From contig NC_057718.1 in assembly GCF_004010195.1 (NCBI RefSeq), positions 72,990,854 to 73,054,853 of the forward strand: a DNA stretch of 64,000 bases, in the 5' to 3' direction. Shown here piece by piece: positions 13,660 to 26,502 of this stretch. A model generated the notes under the pieces. That model did no database searches, was not told the DNA's origin, and saw nothing but the letters and a program-made list of their open reading frames with translations. The stretch's first letter is position 1, and each line of letters starts with the position of its first letter. Source of the DNA: Chiloscyllium plagiosum. Its lineage: Eukaryota. The translations under genes and the position numbers were made by a program.

Positions 13660-14345
13660 CTAACTGACAATTCCAAATGTAACAAGTCAGGGGGGCAGTT
13701 CTGGATCTAATATTTGGAAACGAGGCTACAAGATGGAAGGCGTATCAGTAGGACTGCACTTTGGAAATACTGATCCAAACAAGATTTAGGATATTACAGA
13801 AATAGGTAAGGATGGCTTATATACAGATGGCAAAAGGCTAACAAATTTGGCCGAAGTAGACTGGGAGCAGCAACTTGCAAATTAAACTTCGTGGAAGGCA
13901 TTTGAGGAGGAACTAGAGAGATAGCAGAAAAAATACATTGCCACAAAAGAATAAAAGTGAAACCTAGAATGGAAAACCTGGATGTAAAGGGATACAAGAT
14001 TAGGACTAAGAAAAAAAGCTAGTAATGGCAGATACCAAGAGTTCAAAATGACAGAGTCCCTTATAGGAATATAAAATTGTAAGGGGCTGGGGAGACCGAA
14101 CAAGACAGATCGAAAGCAAACGTTGTGTGTGTAAGAGCTGATGTGTAGAATAAAGGAATGCCAACATAGGTTTTCAAAAAAAAACATATTAAAAGTAAAA
14201 CAAATTAACTTGGGGAAGAGAAGGATTCATCAGGGACCATATAGATAACCTGCATGGGGCCCTGAAAAGTGTGGGTACAATCGTCAAAAGAATTAATCAT
14301 GTCTTCACAATGAAGAGGAATGATGCAGACGTAGATATTAGGGTG
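13660..14345 (+). mobile_element. Decayed CR1 ORF2 (post-endonuclease) fragment
   Basis: gcagttctggatctaatatttggaaacgag = AVLDLIFGNE, the CR1 EN C-terminal motif. Confidence 0.65.
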
Positions 14346-15090
14346 AGTCATACAGCATGGATGACTTTGGCCCAAACTGGTCCATGTCAAACAAAACGTC
14401 CATCCATGCTGAACCCATTTTCCTGCACTTCCCAAATCCTTCTAAATCTTCCCTATGTGTTTGTCCAAATGCCTTTTAAATGTTGTTAATGTACCCACCT
14501 CAACCACATCTGCTAGCAGTTCATTCATTATGCATACCACCCTCCAAAACAATTGCGTTCAGGTTACCAGTTATTCTTTCCCCTCTTACCTTAAACTGAT
14601 GCTCTGGGAAAAAGATGAAGTGCATTCTCCCTATCCATATCTCTAATGATCTTATACATCTCCCTAAAAAGGTCCCTCCTCAGTCTCCTATGCTCTAAAG
14701 AAAAAAAGTCCTAGCTTGTCCAACCTCTCCCTATAACTCACACCATTTCATCCTGGCAACATCCTTGTAAATTTCTTCTGCACTCTTGCCAGTTTAACAA
14801 CATCTTTTCTATAGCAAGGTGAACCAAAACTGAACAGAATACTCGCCAGGTAGTGTGGCCTCACCAATGTCCTGTATAATTGCAGCATAACTTCACAACT
14901 TCTATACTCAATATCCTGATAATGAAGGTCAATGTGTCAAAAGTCATCTTCACTGCCCTGTCTGTAACTCCACTTTCAGAGAACCATGCACCTGAACTCC
15001 AAGATCTCTCTTTTCCACTGCACTCCTTAAGGCTCTACCATTCATCATGAAACTCCTACCTTGATTTGACTTTCCAAAATCCTCATTTAT

Positions 15091-15320
15091 CTGCCTCGCA
15101 GCGCCAGAGACCCGGGTTCAATTCCCGACTCAGGCGACTGACTGTGTGGAGTTTGCACGTTCTCCCCGTGTCTGCGTGGGTTTCCTCCGGGTGCTCCGGT
15201 TTCCTCCCACATCTAATCTAATCTAATCTAATCTAATCTAATCTAATCTAATCTAATCTAATCTAATCTAATCTAATCTAATCTAATCTAATCTAATCTA
15301 ATCTAATCTAATCTAATCTA
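15091..15320 (+). mobile_element. Young HE1-like SINE, internally deleted, with long (ATCTA)n tail
   Basis: Head and V-domain nearly identical to the copy at 24869; jumps from ttcctcccac directly into the repeat. Confidence 0.93.
15211..15320 (+). repeat. (ATCTA)22 pentanucleotide microsatellite
   Basis: 110 bp perfect run. Confidence 0.98.
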
Positions 15321-16965
15321 TGTTAAATTGCATTTGCCATTTGTTGGCCCACTCCCCTGCTGACCAAAATCCTGCTGCAATTACTCACTGTCTACGATAC
15401 CACCTATTTTAGTGCCATCAGCAAACTTACTAATCATGCGTTGTACATTCCGATCCAAATCATTGATATAGATAACAAACAGCAGTGGGCCCAATCCGAG
15501 GCACACCGCTAGTTACAGGCCTCCAGTCCAACAAGCATCCTTTCACTATTGCCCTTTGCTTCCTACTATCAAGCCAATTTTCATATCCAATTTACCAGCT
15601 GATCCTAGATTCCACGTGATTTAACCTTCCAGAGCAGCTGACCATGTGGAACTTATCAAAAGACTTTACTGAAATCCAAACATACTATGCTTACCACCCT
15701 ACCCTTGTCCACCTGCCTGGTCACTTCTTCGAAGAACTCGAATGCATTTCTGAAGGATGATCTCATACACACAAAGCTATGCTGACCACTCCTAGTCAAG
15801 CCCGGTCTTTCCAAATACATGCATTTTTATCTCTGAATCTTCTGAACTAACTTACCCACTACATGTTAGGCTTAATGGTCTATAGTTCCAAGCATTTGTT
15901 TTGCAACCCTTCTTGAATAATGGCACGTTTGCTACTCTCCAGTCTTCCGGGACCTCACCCGTGGCTAATAGTGTAAAAGTATTAGGCAGGATCCCCACAA
16001 TTTCTTCTCTAACCTCTTGCAGTGAAGTTGGATATATCCAGTCAGGACCAGGAGATTTATCCACCTTCACACATTTCAATGCATCAACACCTCCTCTACT
16101 GTGAGATGGACTGTCCCCACAATATCACCACTAACATCCCCAAGTTCTTAAGTCTTCATGTTTTTCTCCATGGTAAACACAGGAGAAATATTTATTGAGA
16201 ACCTTACCTATATGCTGCAGTTCTACACATACATGTTAACTTGGTGAGGAGCCCTATTCTCTTTCCAGTTTTTTTTCCCCCTTTAATATACTTTGGATTC
16301 ACCCTAATCTTCTCAGCCAAGGCTATCTCGTGCCCCCTTTTCACCCTCCTGATTTCCTCCTTCAATAAACTCTTGTATCCTCTATATACCTGAGGATTCT
16401 CTTGATTCCATCTGCCTGTACCTGAGCCATGCCTTTTTTTCCTGCCCAAAGTCTCAATACCACTGGTCATCCAGGATTCCCTATTCCTACCAACCCTGCC
16501 CTTCACTCTCACAGGAACATATAGACCTTGAACTCTATATACTGCTTGACAAAATTTTCCTGAACACATTTAAATTCCGCCCCATCTAAGCCGTTAATGC
16601 TCTGGCAGTCCTGGTCTATGTTAGGAAAATTAAACTTCCCTACTTCACAACCCTTTTGCTCCTGCAGGTCTCTCCAGTGTCATTGTATTTTTGTTCCTCT
16701 AATTCCCATTTTGACTATTTGAAAGCCAATATACAACTCTAATTACAGCACCATCCCTTTTTTACGTCTTAGCTCCACCCACAAAGCCTCACTGGATGAT
16801 CCTTCAGTTATTTCCTCTGACTACTGCTGTGATACTTGCCTTAATCAAAACTGCAACTCCCCCTCCCCTCCAATCACCTCAATTCCACCTAAAGCACCTG
16901 TACCCTGACACATTAAGCTGCTAGTCCTGGCAATTGCTGGTGAGGAACTATGAAAAATGAGAAAA

Positions 16966-17270
16966 ATTCATAGAATCCCTACAGTGTGGAAGCAGGCCAT
17001 TTAGCCCATCTTTCCACACCGACCCTCCGAAGAGGGTCCTACCCAGACCCATAACATCTACCCTATCCCTATAATCCTGCATTTCCCATGACAAATCCAC
17101 CTAGCCTGCATATCCTTGGACTGTGGGAGGAAACCGGAGCACACGGAAGAAACCCATATAGACAGGGAGAATATGCAAATTCCACACAGCCAGCATTCCG
17201 AGAGTGGATCAAACCTGAGTCCCTGGCGCTGTGAGGCAACAGTGCTAACAACTGATGCACTGTGTTGCCC
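16966..17270 (-). mobile_element. Older HE1-like V-SINE
   Basis: catagaatccctacagtgtggaagcaggcc...ggactgtgggaggaaaccggagc...gtgctaacaactg. Confidence 0.9.
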
Positions 17271-17274
17271 TGGT

Positions 17275-17680
17275 GACAGAAAGAAATACCAGTGGGTTTA
17301 GCTGCCTTAAGTGGATAAACAAAGGCCAGTGAGATGTAGCCCAGGCTGTTGATGGAGACAAGGGAGAAGGTATCAGAAGCACTGGCAGTCATATTTAAAT
17401 TCTCTGGCAACAGGAGAAATGCCAGAAGCCAAATTACTATTAATGTTGTTCCATTATTAAAGAAAAGGGATAGACCAGGAAAATTCAGGTCTAATCTCAA
17501 TGGTGGGGATATTATTAGAAAGAATTCTAAGGGACAGAGTACACCTGCACTTGAAAAAAACATGGATTGATCAGGATTAGTCAGCATAGAAATGTTAAGG
17601 TCAAGTTGTGTTTGACAAATTTGATCAAATCTTTTTTGTAACCAAGTGTGAGATAAAGGTAGCATTTGATGAGGTCTATG
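17275..17680 (+). mobile_element. Decayed CR1 RT N-terminal fragment
   Basis: NVVPLLKKRDRPG; gtcagcat...gtcaagttgtgtttgacaaatttgat. Confidence 0.7.
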
Positions 17681-17899
17681 TAGGGGAAATTTCTTCCTTG
17701 CATATAATCTGTCTAGACCAGTTATAATTGGAGAATGTAGTGAACAATCATAGATGAACCAATCTCTATTATGACAGTCCTGGCATCCCTTGCATCAGCC
17801 TAGTGAATGTTTGCTGTACCTTTGCTAATGGTCCTCTCTTAGGTTGGGAGACCAAGTTTGCACACAGTACTCTGGGTATGGTGTCACTGAGGTCCTGAA

Positions 17900-18550
17900 T
17901 ACGATCTGTGCAAGATTGAGGGTCACAAATAGGATGGATAGAAAGGCACTATTTCCACGAGTAGAGGTCAATAACCTGGTGGTATTGACTTAAGCAATTC
18001 CTGTTGCCTTGAGAAAGCAGCCAAAGGCCCCTTCCAGCCCAGTTATACTCTCTTCAAATCGGGCTGAAGATATAAAGTTTGAAAACATGATCGAAAGAAC
18101 AGCTTCTTCCCTGCCGTTATCAGATTTATGAATGGACCTCATATTAGAGTTGATCTTTCTCTGCACTTTCTCTGTAGCTGTAACTATACTTTATATTCTG
18201 TTCTATTACCTGATGTACTTATGTAAGGTATGATTTGTCTGGTTAACATGCCATACAATACTTTTCACGGTCTCAGTACATGACAATAATAAAATCAAAT
18301 TAGAAGGATGCCAGAGAAATGTTGAGGGATAGGTTTTCACCCAGAAGGTAGAGAGAGTCTGGAACTCACTGCCCGAAAGAGTGGTCAATTCAGAAACTCT
18401 TGAAGCAGTGAGCAATATTTAGGTATTTACTGGTGTTGCCCTGGCCTCCAGCATTATAGATTAGAAGTTACAAAATGGAATTAGTGTCAGAGCACTGTAA
18501 AGTGGTACAGATATGAGATGGATTTCATTTTATGCTGTAAAAGTCTATGA
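17900..18550 (+). mobile_element. CR1 3' end split by a Rex/Babar fragment
   Basis: aggatggatagaaaggcactatttcc... resumes as ttttcacccagaaggtag...ctggaactcactgccc. Confidence 0.65.
18010..18300 (+). mobile_element. Rex1/Babar-type LINE 3' end
   Basis: aagaacagcttcttccctgccgttatcaga = KNSFFPAVIR, preceded by a DPSHP-like segment; ends caataataaaatcaaat. Confidence 0.7.
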
Positions 18551-19689
18551 GAACACAGACTAAGTAATGAGAATAGAAACAGAATAGGGGCTTCATACAT
18601 TTGAGCCCATAAGTGTAAAGGTGATATGGACTTAGTGGAAATTCGTTACTGCTTACTGTCTGCGATAAGGAAAAGAGGTAGCTAGCTCCCAGTTATCCAC
18701 TGAGAATGAAATAATCAGTGACCACTAACACATGGCAGTCATATTGATTTGACGCCAATATTAGTATAGTGTTTCCATCTTCATAATAACTTGCAACATC
18801 CTTATCTGTTTTATTGATCCATATCTTTTATTTCTGACAGTTCACACTTCCAGGAGTCAGTGGAGGAGCTACATCCTTCTAAGGGTGTAACTTCACAGCA
18901 CTTGTGGTAGACCTGCAAAGCATGTATTCACTTCACAAATGAACAAGAATAGATATTGAAGACAGGCAGTAGTGAAAGTTTGCAGACGGTACAGCCTCTT
19001 AAAAGCTCAGCTGAATTTGCATGCTGTATCCTGGGGGCTACTGAATAGCAGATTCTCTGATTAGTAGCAATATGCATTCAATGCAATGCGTCCTTCCAAG
19101 AACAACGATCTTGACTTCAGAGAGAATGAAGCTCTCCACCTCAGTCAGAATGGCAGTTGACATTGCAGGTCATTGCAACTGCTTTTTTGTTGTACTGACA
19201 GCGCGGCCAGCTCTATGGAATGCCAAATCTTCTAATCAAATGAGCCCATTCTGTCTTTATCACGAGTGTTAAGCCACTGGATGGCAACTACCTTGAAAAT
19301 CAAGGATTTGCAAAGCCACAGATTTACATGAAAGTTCTTGCAAGCCCACTAGTAGCAGTGAAATGCTGTGGGTCATGAAATGGTTATAAACAAAAGGAAA
19401 TACAGAACTGTCAAAGTACTTCACATTTCATTTGTTAAGAAAAACTACGTATGCAAGAACAAACTATGTTCAATCTATGACAGTTATCGAGCAGCATCAA
19501 GAGCAGGAAGACAAGACCATATAAACTGCATCAATTTTAAGAAGGCAATTGACGGGCAGGGCCCTCCCACCACACAGTGAATGAGAATGTGCACGGAGCT
19601 CTCTCCTCTGGGGAGTTGCAGAAGTGACTCCACAAATATCCTCATCCTCAGGTGATTGGACAGTACAGTGCATCAACACAAGAAATGAG

Positions 19690-20165
19690 GCTAATGCAGT
19701 GCTGAGTGGATGTTCCACCTCTACCTCCTCCACAAGGTCCTACACAGAAGTAATGCCAAATCAATTCACTCCACTCCCTTTGATAACAAGCACTGGAGAC
19801 AAAGGCTATGAGCATGGATAATATTCCAACAATAATACTGGAGGGCTTCAGAACATGCCACACCCCTTGCCAAGCTGTTCCAGCACAGTTACAGCATTGG
19901 CATTGGGAATGCTGTGCAGAAAAAGCAGGACAAGTCTAACCTGGTCAATTACCATCCCATCAGTTACTTTCAATTAGTAAAGATATGGAAGGTATCATTA
20001 CACAGCAATAATCTGCTCACTATTCCCCCCATTTTGGGTTCCATTAAAATCATTCAGCTTATGACCTTACCATAATCTTGGTTCAAACATGGACAAAAAA
20101 AAAGAGCTGAAATCCAGAGACAAGATGAGAGTGACAATCTGACATCAAGGCCACAGTTAACCATG
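19690..20165 (+). mobile_element. RT N-terminal fragment of a second CR1/L2-group LINE family
   Basis: Translates in pieces to KAMSMDNIP, PLAKLFQ, KKQDKSNLVNYHPISY, LVQTWTK..LKSRDKMRVT, DIKA. Confidence 0.75.
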
Positions 20166-21680
20166 TTAACTCTCCTTTCCGGTTTCTAACCTCAGCCTAT
20201 ACCACCTCAGTAGATGAGTGCTCAAGCATCTTTTCTGCTAACATAACACTGTCCTTAACTAAATGGCACAACTCCCCCTCTTTTACCATGTTCTGTTCTG
20301 CAACATTAAATCCTGGAAACTGCAACAACCGTTCCTGTCCCTGCTCTATCCACGTCTCTGAAACAGCCACAACAACAAAGTCCCAGCTATCAACCCATAC
20401 TGCAACTTCACCCACTTTATTCTGGATGCTCCTGATGTTAGAAGTAGACACACTTCAAACCTCCCTGCTTGCTGGTGCACTCTTGAAACGTCAAAGCCAT
20501 ATTTCTGACCTTCAGGAATCTGAAACCTTCCCTCCTGCACCATCCCTGTAGCCACATGTTCAACTCCTTGCCCTCCCTATTCCTCACCTATGGCCCAGGC
20601 AACAAACCAGAGATGACAACTGTTTGTTCTAGCTTTAAGCTTCCACCCTAGCTTCCTGAATTTCTGCCTTAAATCCTCATCCTTTTTCCTACTTATGTTG
20701 TTGGTGCTTATGTGGACCACGACTTGGGGCTGCTCCCCGTCCCCCTCAAGGATCCTGAAAACACGATCTAAGACATCATGAACCCTGACACCTGGGAGGC
20801 AACACACCAACTGAAAGTATCTCTCATTCCCAAAGATCCTATCTATCCCCTTAACTACAGACAGAGTCCCCACCAACTAATGCTCTGCTCCTCTCTCCCC
20901 TTCCCTTCTGAGCAACAGGGACAGACTCTGTGCCAGATACCTCTACCCCATGGCTTACCCTGATAAGTCACCCCCACAACAGTATCCAAAATAGTATACT
21001 TGTTATGGAGGGGAATGGCCACAGGGGATCCCTGCTCTGTCTGCCGGTTCCCTTTCCGTCCCCCGAATGTAACCCACCTGCCTTTTTCTTGTACCTGAGG
21101 TGTGACTATCTCCCTGTAACTCCTCTCAATAAATCCCTCCACCTCCCAAATAATCTGAAGTTCATTCAGCTCCAGTTCCCTAATGCAGTTTGAGGAGCTG
21201 GAGTTGGGTGCACTTCCCGCAAATGAAGTCAGCGAGGACACTAATCATGACCCTTGCATCCCACATTCTGTAGGAGGAACATTCAACTGCCCTAACTGCC
21301 ATTCCCATTATTCTAAATTCCCAAAGAGACTAATCGAGAAACAATAAAAAAAAGTAGTTACTTACCAATCTAGTGTACAGAACTTTTTTTTTGGTAAGAG
21401 GAAGAGGATGGCTGGGAGACACTAAGTGGTGCTTCCGGTAATGCAAACGTCCAAATATATTACATCACTTACTCAGCTATCCCATATCTACTGCTCAGCA
21501 TGCGCTCCGCCTATTCATAAGGTAAGTTTTGAAATCAGCGATTTACCTCCCCGACAGCCTCTCACTCCTCACTGCTCCCCCCCCCAAAAAAAAAGGAGAC
21601 TCTACTCTCAAGGTAAATCCCTTTTAAGTGGGAAACTTACCTCTTGGCAGCCCCCGCTCCTCTTTCCTCACTAAACCTCC
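20166..21680 (-). mobile_element. CR1 LINE 5' part: 5' UTR, ORF1 (esterase/SGNH-like) and start of ORF2 endonuclease
   Basis: ORF track: LVCCLPGVRVHDV, QPQVVVHISTNNI, PVAIPLHNKYTILD, NIRSIQNK...VVAVSETW. Confidence 0.9.
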
Positions 21681-21916
21681 AAGAAATTGAGCTTTAATGA
21701 TTTGATATCTTTCATAACTACTTAAAGAAAACACACTATTATGAATAAATTAAATCAGGAACTACTCTGGTCATGCTGTTTTATTTAAAACCTTCAGTCA
21801 ACTCTCAGAAAAACAAAATCAGGATAAAGCAAGAATACTTTACAACATCCTATCTTTAATACATCACTACCAGAATTTGGAACCCATTCAATCTTAGTTC
21901 AGGGTTAATATAACCC

Positions 21917-22130
21917 TGCACGTTCTCCCCGTGTCTGCGTGGGTTTCCTCCGGGTGCTCCGGTTTCCTCCCACAGTCCAAAGATGTGCAGGTCAGGTGAA
22001 TTGGCCATGCTAAATTGCCCGTAGTGTTAGGTATGGATGGGTTGCGCTTCGGCGGGGCAGTGTGGACTTGTTGGGCCGAAGGGCCTGTTTCCACACTGTA
22101 AGTAATCTAATCTAATCTAATCTAATCTAA
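21917..22130 (+). mobile_element. Young HE1-like SINE, 5'-truncated
   Basis: V-domain, tail and (TCTAA)5. Confidence 0.95.
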
Positions 22131-23146
22131 TAAACGTGTTAACAATTCAAGTTGATGACATTTAATAGAACCCATTTATAGGGATGATTAATTTTGCCCG
22201 TCCTGCATCTTCTTCACATAAGTATATGTTGTACTTATAAGTAAAGACTCATGTTTTAAAGGCACATGTCAGATGAGTGAATTTTAAACCAGTAAATGTA
22301 CGAGGTGTTAAAGTGCATGCTTGAGTTGGGGCCAGATGAAATCTAAGACTACCAGAATAGAATAAATTAAACAACTATCAAACTGAGGAATTCATATTAA
22401 ATATCAATATTTTATAAAGTTGAAGCCATACAAAATTTAATCTAAATTATTTAATCTAGTGAAAAAGGACAGACATGATCAAAAAGTTAAAGTTCTAAAT
22501 TAGAGGAAGGCAAGAACTTTCAGAAGTTGATTAGGAGTGGATGTTAGTCAAGGGATGGCTGGAAAATGAGAAGCCTTCAAAAATGAGATAACAAGAGTCC
22601 AGAGACAGTATGTTCCTGTTAGGGTGAAAGGCATGCCTGGTAGGTGTAGGGAATGCTGGATCACTACAGAAATTGGGGCTTGGTCAAGGAGCAGGAGGAG
22701 GAGTAGTAGGAGCAGGAGGAAGTGGGTTAAGTCTGGTAAAGACAGCAGGGATCTATTGAATCCCTAGAAGAATATAAAAGGAACTACGAGCATATTTCAG
22801 AGGGAAATCAGAAGGGCAAAAAGGGGATGAGATAGCTTTGACAAAATAGGGTTAAGGAGAATCCAAAGGGATTTTATAAGTACTTTATGGACAAAAGGGT
22901 AACTTAGGAGAGAACAGGGTCCATCAAAAGGAGGCACTGCAGGAGATACTAGATGAGTATTTTGCATTAGTCTTTACTGCGGAGAAGGACATGGAAGATA
23001 AAAATGTGGGCAAGTTGCTGGAGGGAGTCCTGAGGGACCGGATTTACAAGTACTTGGAAAGGCAAGGACTGATTAAAGATAGTCAACATAGCTTTATGCA
23101 TGGGAAATAGTGTCTCACTAATTTAATTAATTAGTGTTTTGAAGTA

Positions 23147-23546
23147 CAGGTAGAAGATCCTTTACCTTAACATCCAAAAACCGAAAAGCTTCAAAATCAG
23201 AAAGTTTTTTTCTCATTAACAAGGTTTTTTGGTGAGCAAACAGTTAACCCAAGTCAACACCCACTTGATGTGGGTCACCCAGATGCGACATGGGGGGGGT
23301 GTGGCCAAGCACCAACAGGCCTGGGGTTTCTCGGTGAACACAAGTTGACATCCACTTGATACGAGTCACTCAAATGAGATCGGTGGGGGGGGGGGGGCCT
23401 GACAAACATTCTTAGTTAGAAATCTGCTTCTCCAGTACGATTTTTAAAAATGTCACCATTACATTGTCACATTCTGAAACCCGAAACATTCCGAATTCCA
23501 CAAAACAACTGGTCCCGAGCATTTCACATAAAAGATCTAACCCCTG
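23147..23546. mobile_element. Tc1/mariner (pogo/Tigger-type) MITE, 400 bp
   Basis: TA|CAGGTAGAAGATCCTTTA ... TAAAAGATCTAACCCCTG|TA: imperfect TIRs and a TA duplication. CR1 sequence is continuous across it. Confidence 0.85.
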
Positions 23547-23692
23547 TAGCAATGAAGAGGATTGATGATGTGATCAATATGGACATCAGTACAAATTCGA
23601 CAAGGTTCCTCATGGGACTGGTTAGCAAGGTTAGATTACTTTGAATACAGGAAGAACTAGCCACTAACCATTTGGATACAAAAGACAAATCA

Positions 23693-24000
23693 GGGCAGAA
23701 CGGTGGCTCAGTGGTTAGCACTGCTGCCTCACAGCGCCAGAGACCCGGGTTCAATTCCCGCCTCAGGCGACTGACTGTGGAGTTTGCACATTCTCCCTGT
23801 GTCTGCGTGGGTTTCCTCCGGGTGCTCTGGTTTCCTCCCGCAGTCCAAAGATGTGCAGGTCAGGTGAATTGTCCAAGTTAAATTGCCCGTAGTGTTAGGT
23901 AAGGGGTAAATGTAGGGGTATGGGTGGATTGCGCTTCGGCGGGTCGGTGTGGACTTGTTGGGCCGAAGGGCCTGTTTCCACACTAATGTAATCTAATCTA
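23693..24000 (+). mobile_element. Young HE1-like V-SINE
   Basis: A box ggtggctcagtgg, B box gggttcaattccc, V-domain, tail, (TCTAA)n. Confidence 0.96.
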
Positions 24001-24868
24001 GTCACATACGCATAATGGAGTGTTGCTGAACAAAGACCTTGGAGTGCAGGTTCATAGTTCCTTGAAAGTAGAGTCACAGGTAGAGAGGATATGAAGGCGG
24101 TGTTTAAAATGCTTTCCTTTATTGCTCAGAGTATTGAACATAGGAGTTGGGAGGTCATTCATGTTGTGGCTGTACAGGATGGTTAGGCCACTTTTGGAAT
24201 ATTGCGTGCAATTCTGGTCTCCTTCCTATTGGAAGGATGTTCTGAAACTTGTAAGGATTCAGAAAACATTTACATGAATGCTACCAGGGTTAGCAGATTT
24301 GAGCTACAGGGAGAGCTCAATAGGCTGCAGCTGTTTTCCCTGGAGGGTTGGAGGCTGAGGAGTGACCTCAGAGGTTTATAAAGGCATGAGGGTCATGATA
24401 GAGTAAATAGACAAGTTCTTTTCCCTGGGGTGGGGGAGTCCAGAACTAGAGGGCATAGCTTTAGGGTGAATGTGGAAAGATATATATTTATATAAAGGAG
24501 ACCCAAGAAGCAACCTTTTCACAGAGTGGTGAGTGTACGCAATGAGCTGCCAGAGGAGTGAAGGAGGTTGGGAAAATTACAGCATTTAAAAAGACATCTG
24601 GATGGGCATTCGAATAGGGAGGGTTCAGAGAGATATGGGCCAAGTACTGGGAAACAGGATCAGATTAATTTAGGATATTTGGTTGGCATGGATGAGTTGG
24701 ACCGAAGGGTTTGTTTCCGTGCTGTACATCTCTGACACTAATGTAATACAATAAAATATTTCACACTGAAATTCTTGAAAATCACACATTCATCAGTTGA
24801 ACTACCAATGTGGCTCAACTGTATATCATATGTACCTTAGTCATTGGCAGAAATTTCAGCATAATTGT

Positions 24869-25182
24869 GGGCGGCACGGTGGCACAGTGGTTAGCACTGC
24901 TGCCTCGCAGCGCCAGAGACCCGGGTTCAATTCCCGACTCAGGCGACTGACTGTGTGGAGTTTGCACGTTCTCCCCGTGTCTGCGTGGGTTTCCTCCGGG
25001 TGCTCCGGTTTCCTCCCACAGTCCAAAGATGTGCAGGTTAGGTGAATTGGCCATGCTAAATTGCCCGTAGTGTTAGGTTAAAGGAGTAAACGTAGGGGTA
25101 TGGGTGGGTTGCGCTTCGGCGGGTCGGTGTGGACTTGTTGGGCCGAAGGGCCTGTTTCCACACTGTAAGTAATCTAATCTAA
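24869..25182 (+). mobile_element. Young full-length HE1-like V-SINE
   Basis: gggcggcacggtggcacagtgg...gggttcaattccc...taatctaatctaa; CpGs largely retained. Confidence 0.97.
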
Positions 25183-25379
25183 TAATCAAAGAAATTTGCA
25201 TTCAATATTTTACATTCTAAAAATTAACTGACAATATTGGAATAAAGTTCATTGTACAAGTTTACAAACTATTCACAATATTGCTGGCAAGAGTGCTTGC
25301 ACGTTTCTTTGTCCTCCAACAGCCATGTTCCACATTTTTCAGATATCATCTCAAAAATCACAATTAAGGATATGGCTAT

Positions 25380-26140
25380 GGCTCAGGTTGTATGTTTGCT
25401 CACTGAGCTAAGATTTGATTAGATTACTTTACAGTGTGGAAACAGGCCCTTCGGCCCAACAAGTCCACACCGACCCGCCGAAGCGTAACCTACCCATACC
25501 CCTACATTTACCCCTTACCTAACACTACGGGCAATTCACCTGACCTGCACATCTTTGGACTGTGGGAGGAAACCGGAGCACCCGGAGGAAACCCACGCAG
25601 ACACGGGGAGAACGTGCAAACTCCACACAGTCAGTCGCCTGAGGCGGGAATTGAACCCAGGTCTCTGGCGCTGCGAGGCAGCAGTGCTAACCACTGTGCC
25701 ACAGTGCCGCCATGCCGTTCTCAGACATTTTGTCACTATGATAGGTAAAATCAGTGAGCCTCTGTTGAAGCACTGGTGTTCTGTCCCGCTTTCTATGTGT
25801 GTGTCTTGGTCTGTTGAGGTGGGTGATATCACTTCTGGTTCTTTTTCGGAGGGGTTGGTAAATGGGGTCCAAATCTGTGTTTGTTGATGGAGTTCCAGTT
25901 TGAATGCCAAGCCTCTAGAAATTCCAATGTTTCCGATGTAACATTTGTTGCAGTTCTTGCAGGGTATTTTGTATATGATGTTCATTCTGCTGTTTGCTGG
26001 CACAGGGTCCTTTGGATGCATCAATATGTTTCAGTGCATTTGTATGTTTGTGGGCTACCATGATGCCAAGGGGCCAGCATAGTCTGGTTGTCATCTCTAA
26101 GAAGTCACAACACACCACAGACTCGAGCCACACTATCAGT
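25380..26140 (-). mobile_element. Penelope-like element 3' part (GIY-YIG endonuclease remnant and pLTR)
   Basis: ORF track: HPKDPVPANSRMNIIYKIPCKNCNKCYIG and MDPIYQPLRKR. Terminus is homologous to 35776-36025. Confidence 0.88.
25410..25711 (-). mobile_element. Young HE1-like V-SINE inserted in a PLE terminus
   Basis: Near-identical reverse complement of 24869-25182. Confidence 0.97.
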
Positions 26141-26502
26141 CTTTTTAAGAGACTCACGGTTGGCATGTTGCCTCCCAGGTGCCATGTCTCGCATTGTGTT
26201 TTTGGGTCCTTGAGGGGGGAGGGAGAGCAGCTCCAAGTCGTAGTCCACTAATGACAAAGGTAGGAAAAGGGATGGAAGGAGCTAGGGTGGAAGAACTTGG
26301 ATGGCAGAGGGGTGGGAACCTGAGCTATATACCGGAGGTGAGAGTTGATGCAGATGCAGCAATAGCAAGAGGGAGACCAACTAATGGGAAGGATTTTCCT
26401 GGGAAGGAACCAAGGGATCAGTTAAAGTGTGTTTGCTTTAACGCAAGGAGTATCAGGAATAAAAGTGATGAATTTAGAGCATGGATCAGTACCTGGTGCT
26501 AT

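Larger units (their letters stand above)
14345..16930 (-). mobile_element. CR1 LINE, decayed, with nested SINE
   Basis: ORF track: KVDKSPGPDWIYP, VPEDWRVANVPLFKKG, NYRPLSLT. Confidence 0.92.
22460..24740 (+). mobile_element. CR1 LINE with internal deletions, hosting a MITE and a SINE
   Basis: Homologous to the 43225-46572 and 58471-62437 copies; 3' tail gttggaccgaagggtttgtttcc. Confidence 0.9.

Noticed and set aside
15211..15320. (ATCTA)n / (TTAGA)n as a telomeric repeat or CRISPR-like array
   Set aside because: Not TTAGGG and no spacers; it is the SINE tail repeat.
17069..17665. 198-aa minus-strand ORF
   Set aside because: Chance read-through of antisense CR1 into a SINE.
24869..24940. 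tRNA gene
   Set aside because: A and B boxes belong to the SINE head, which continues into the V-domain and tail.
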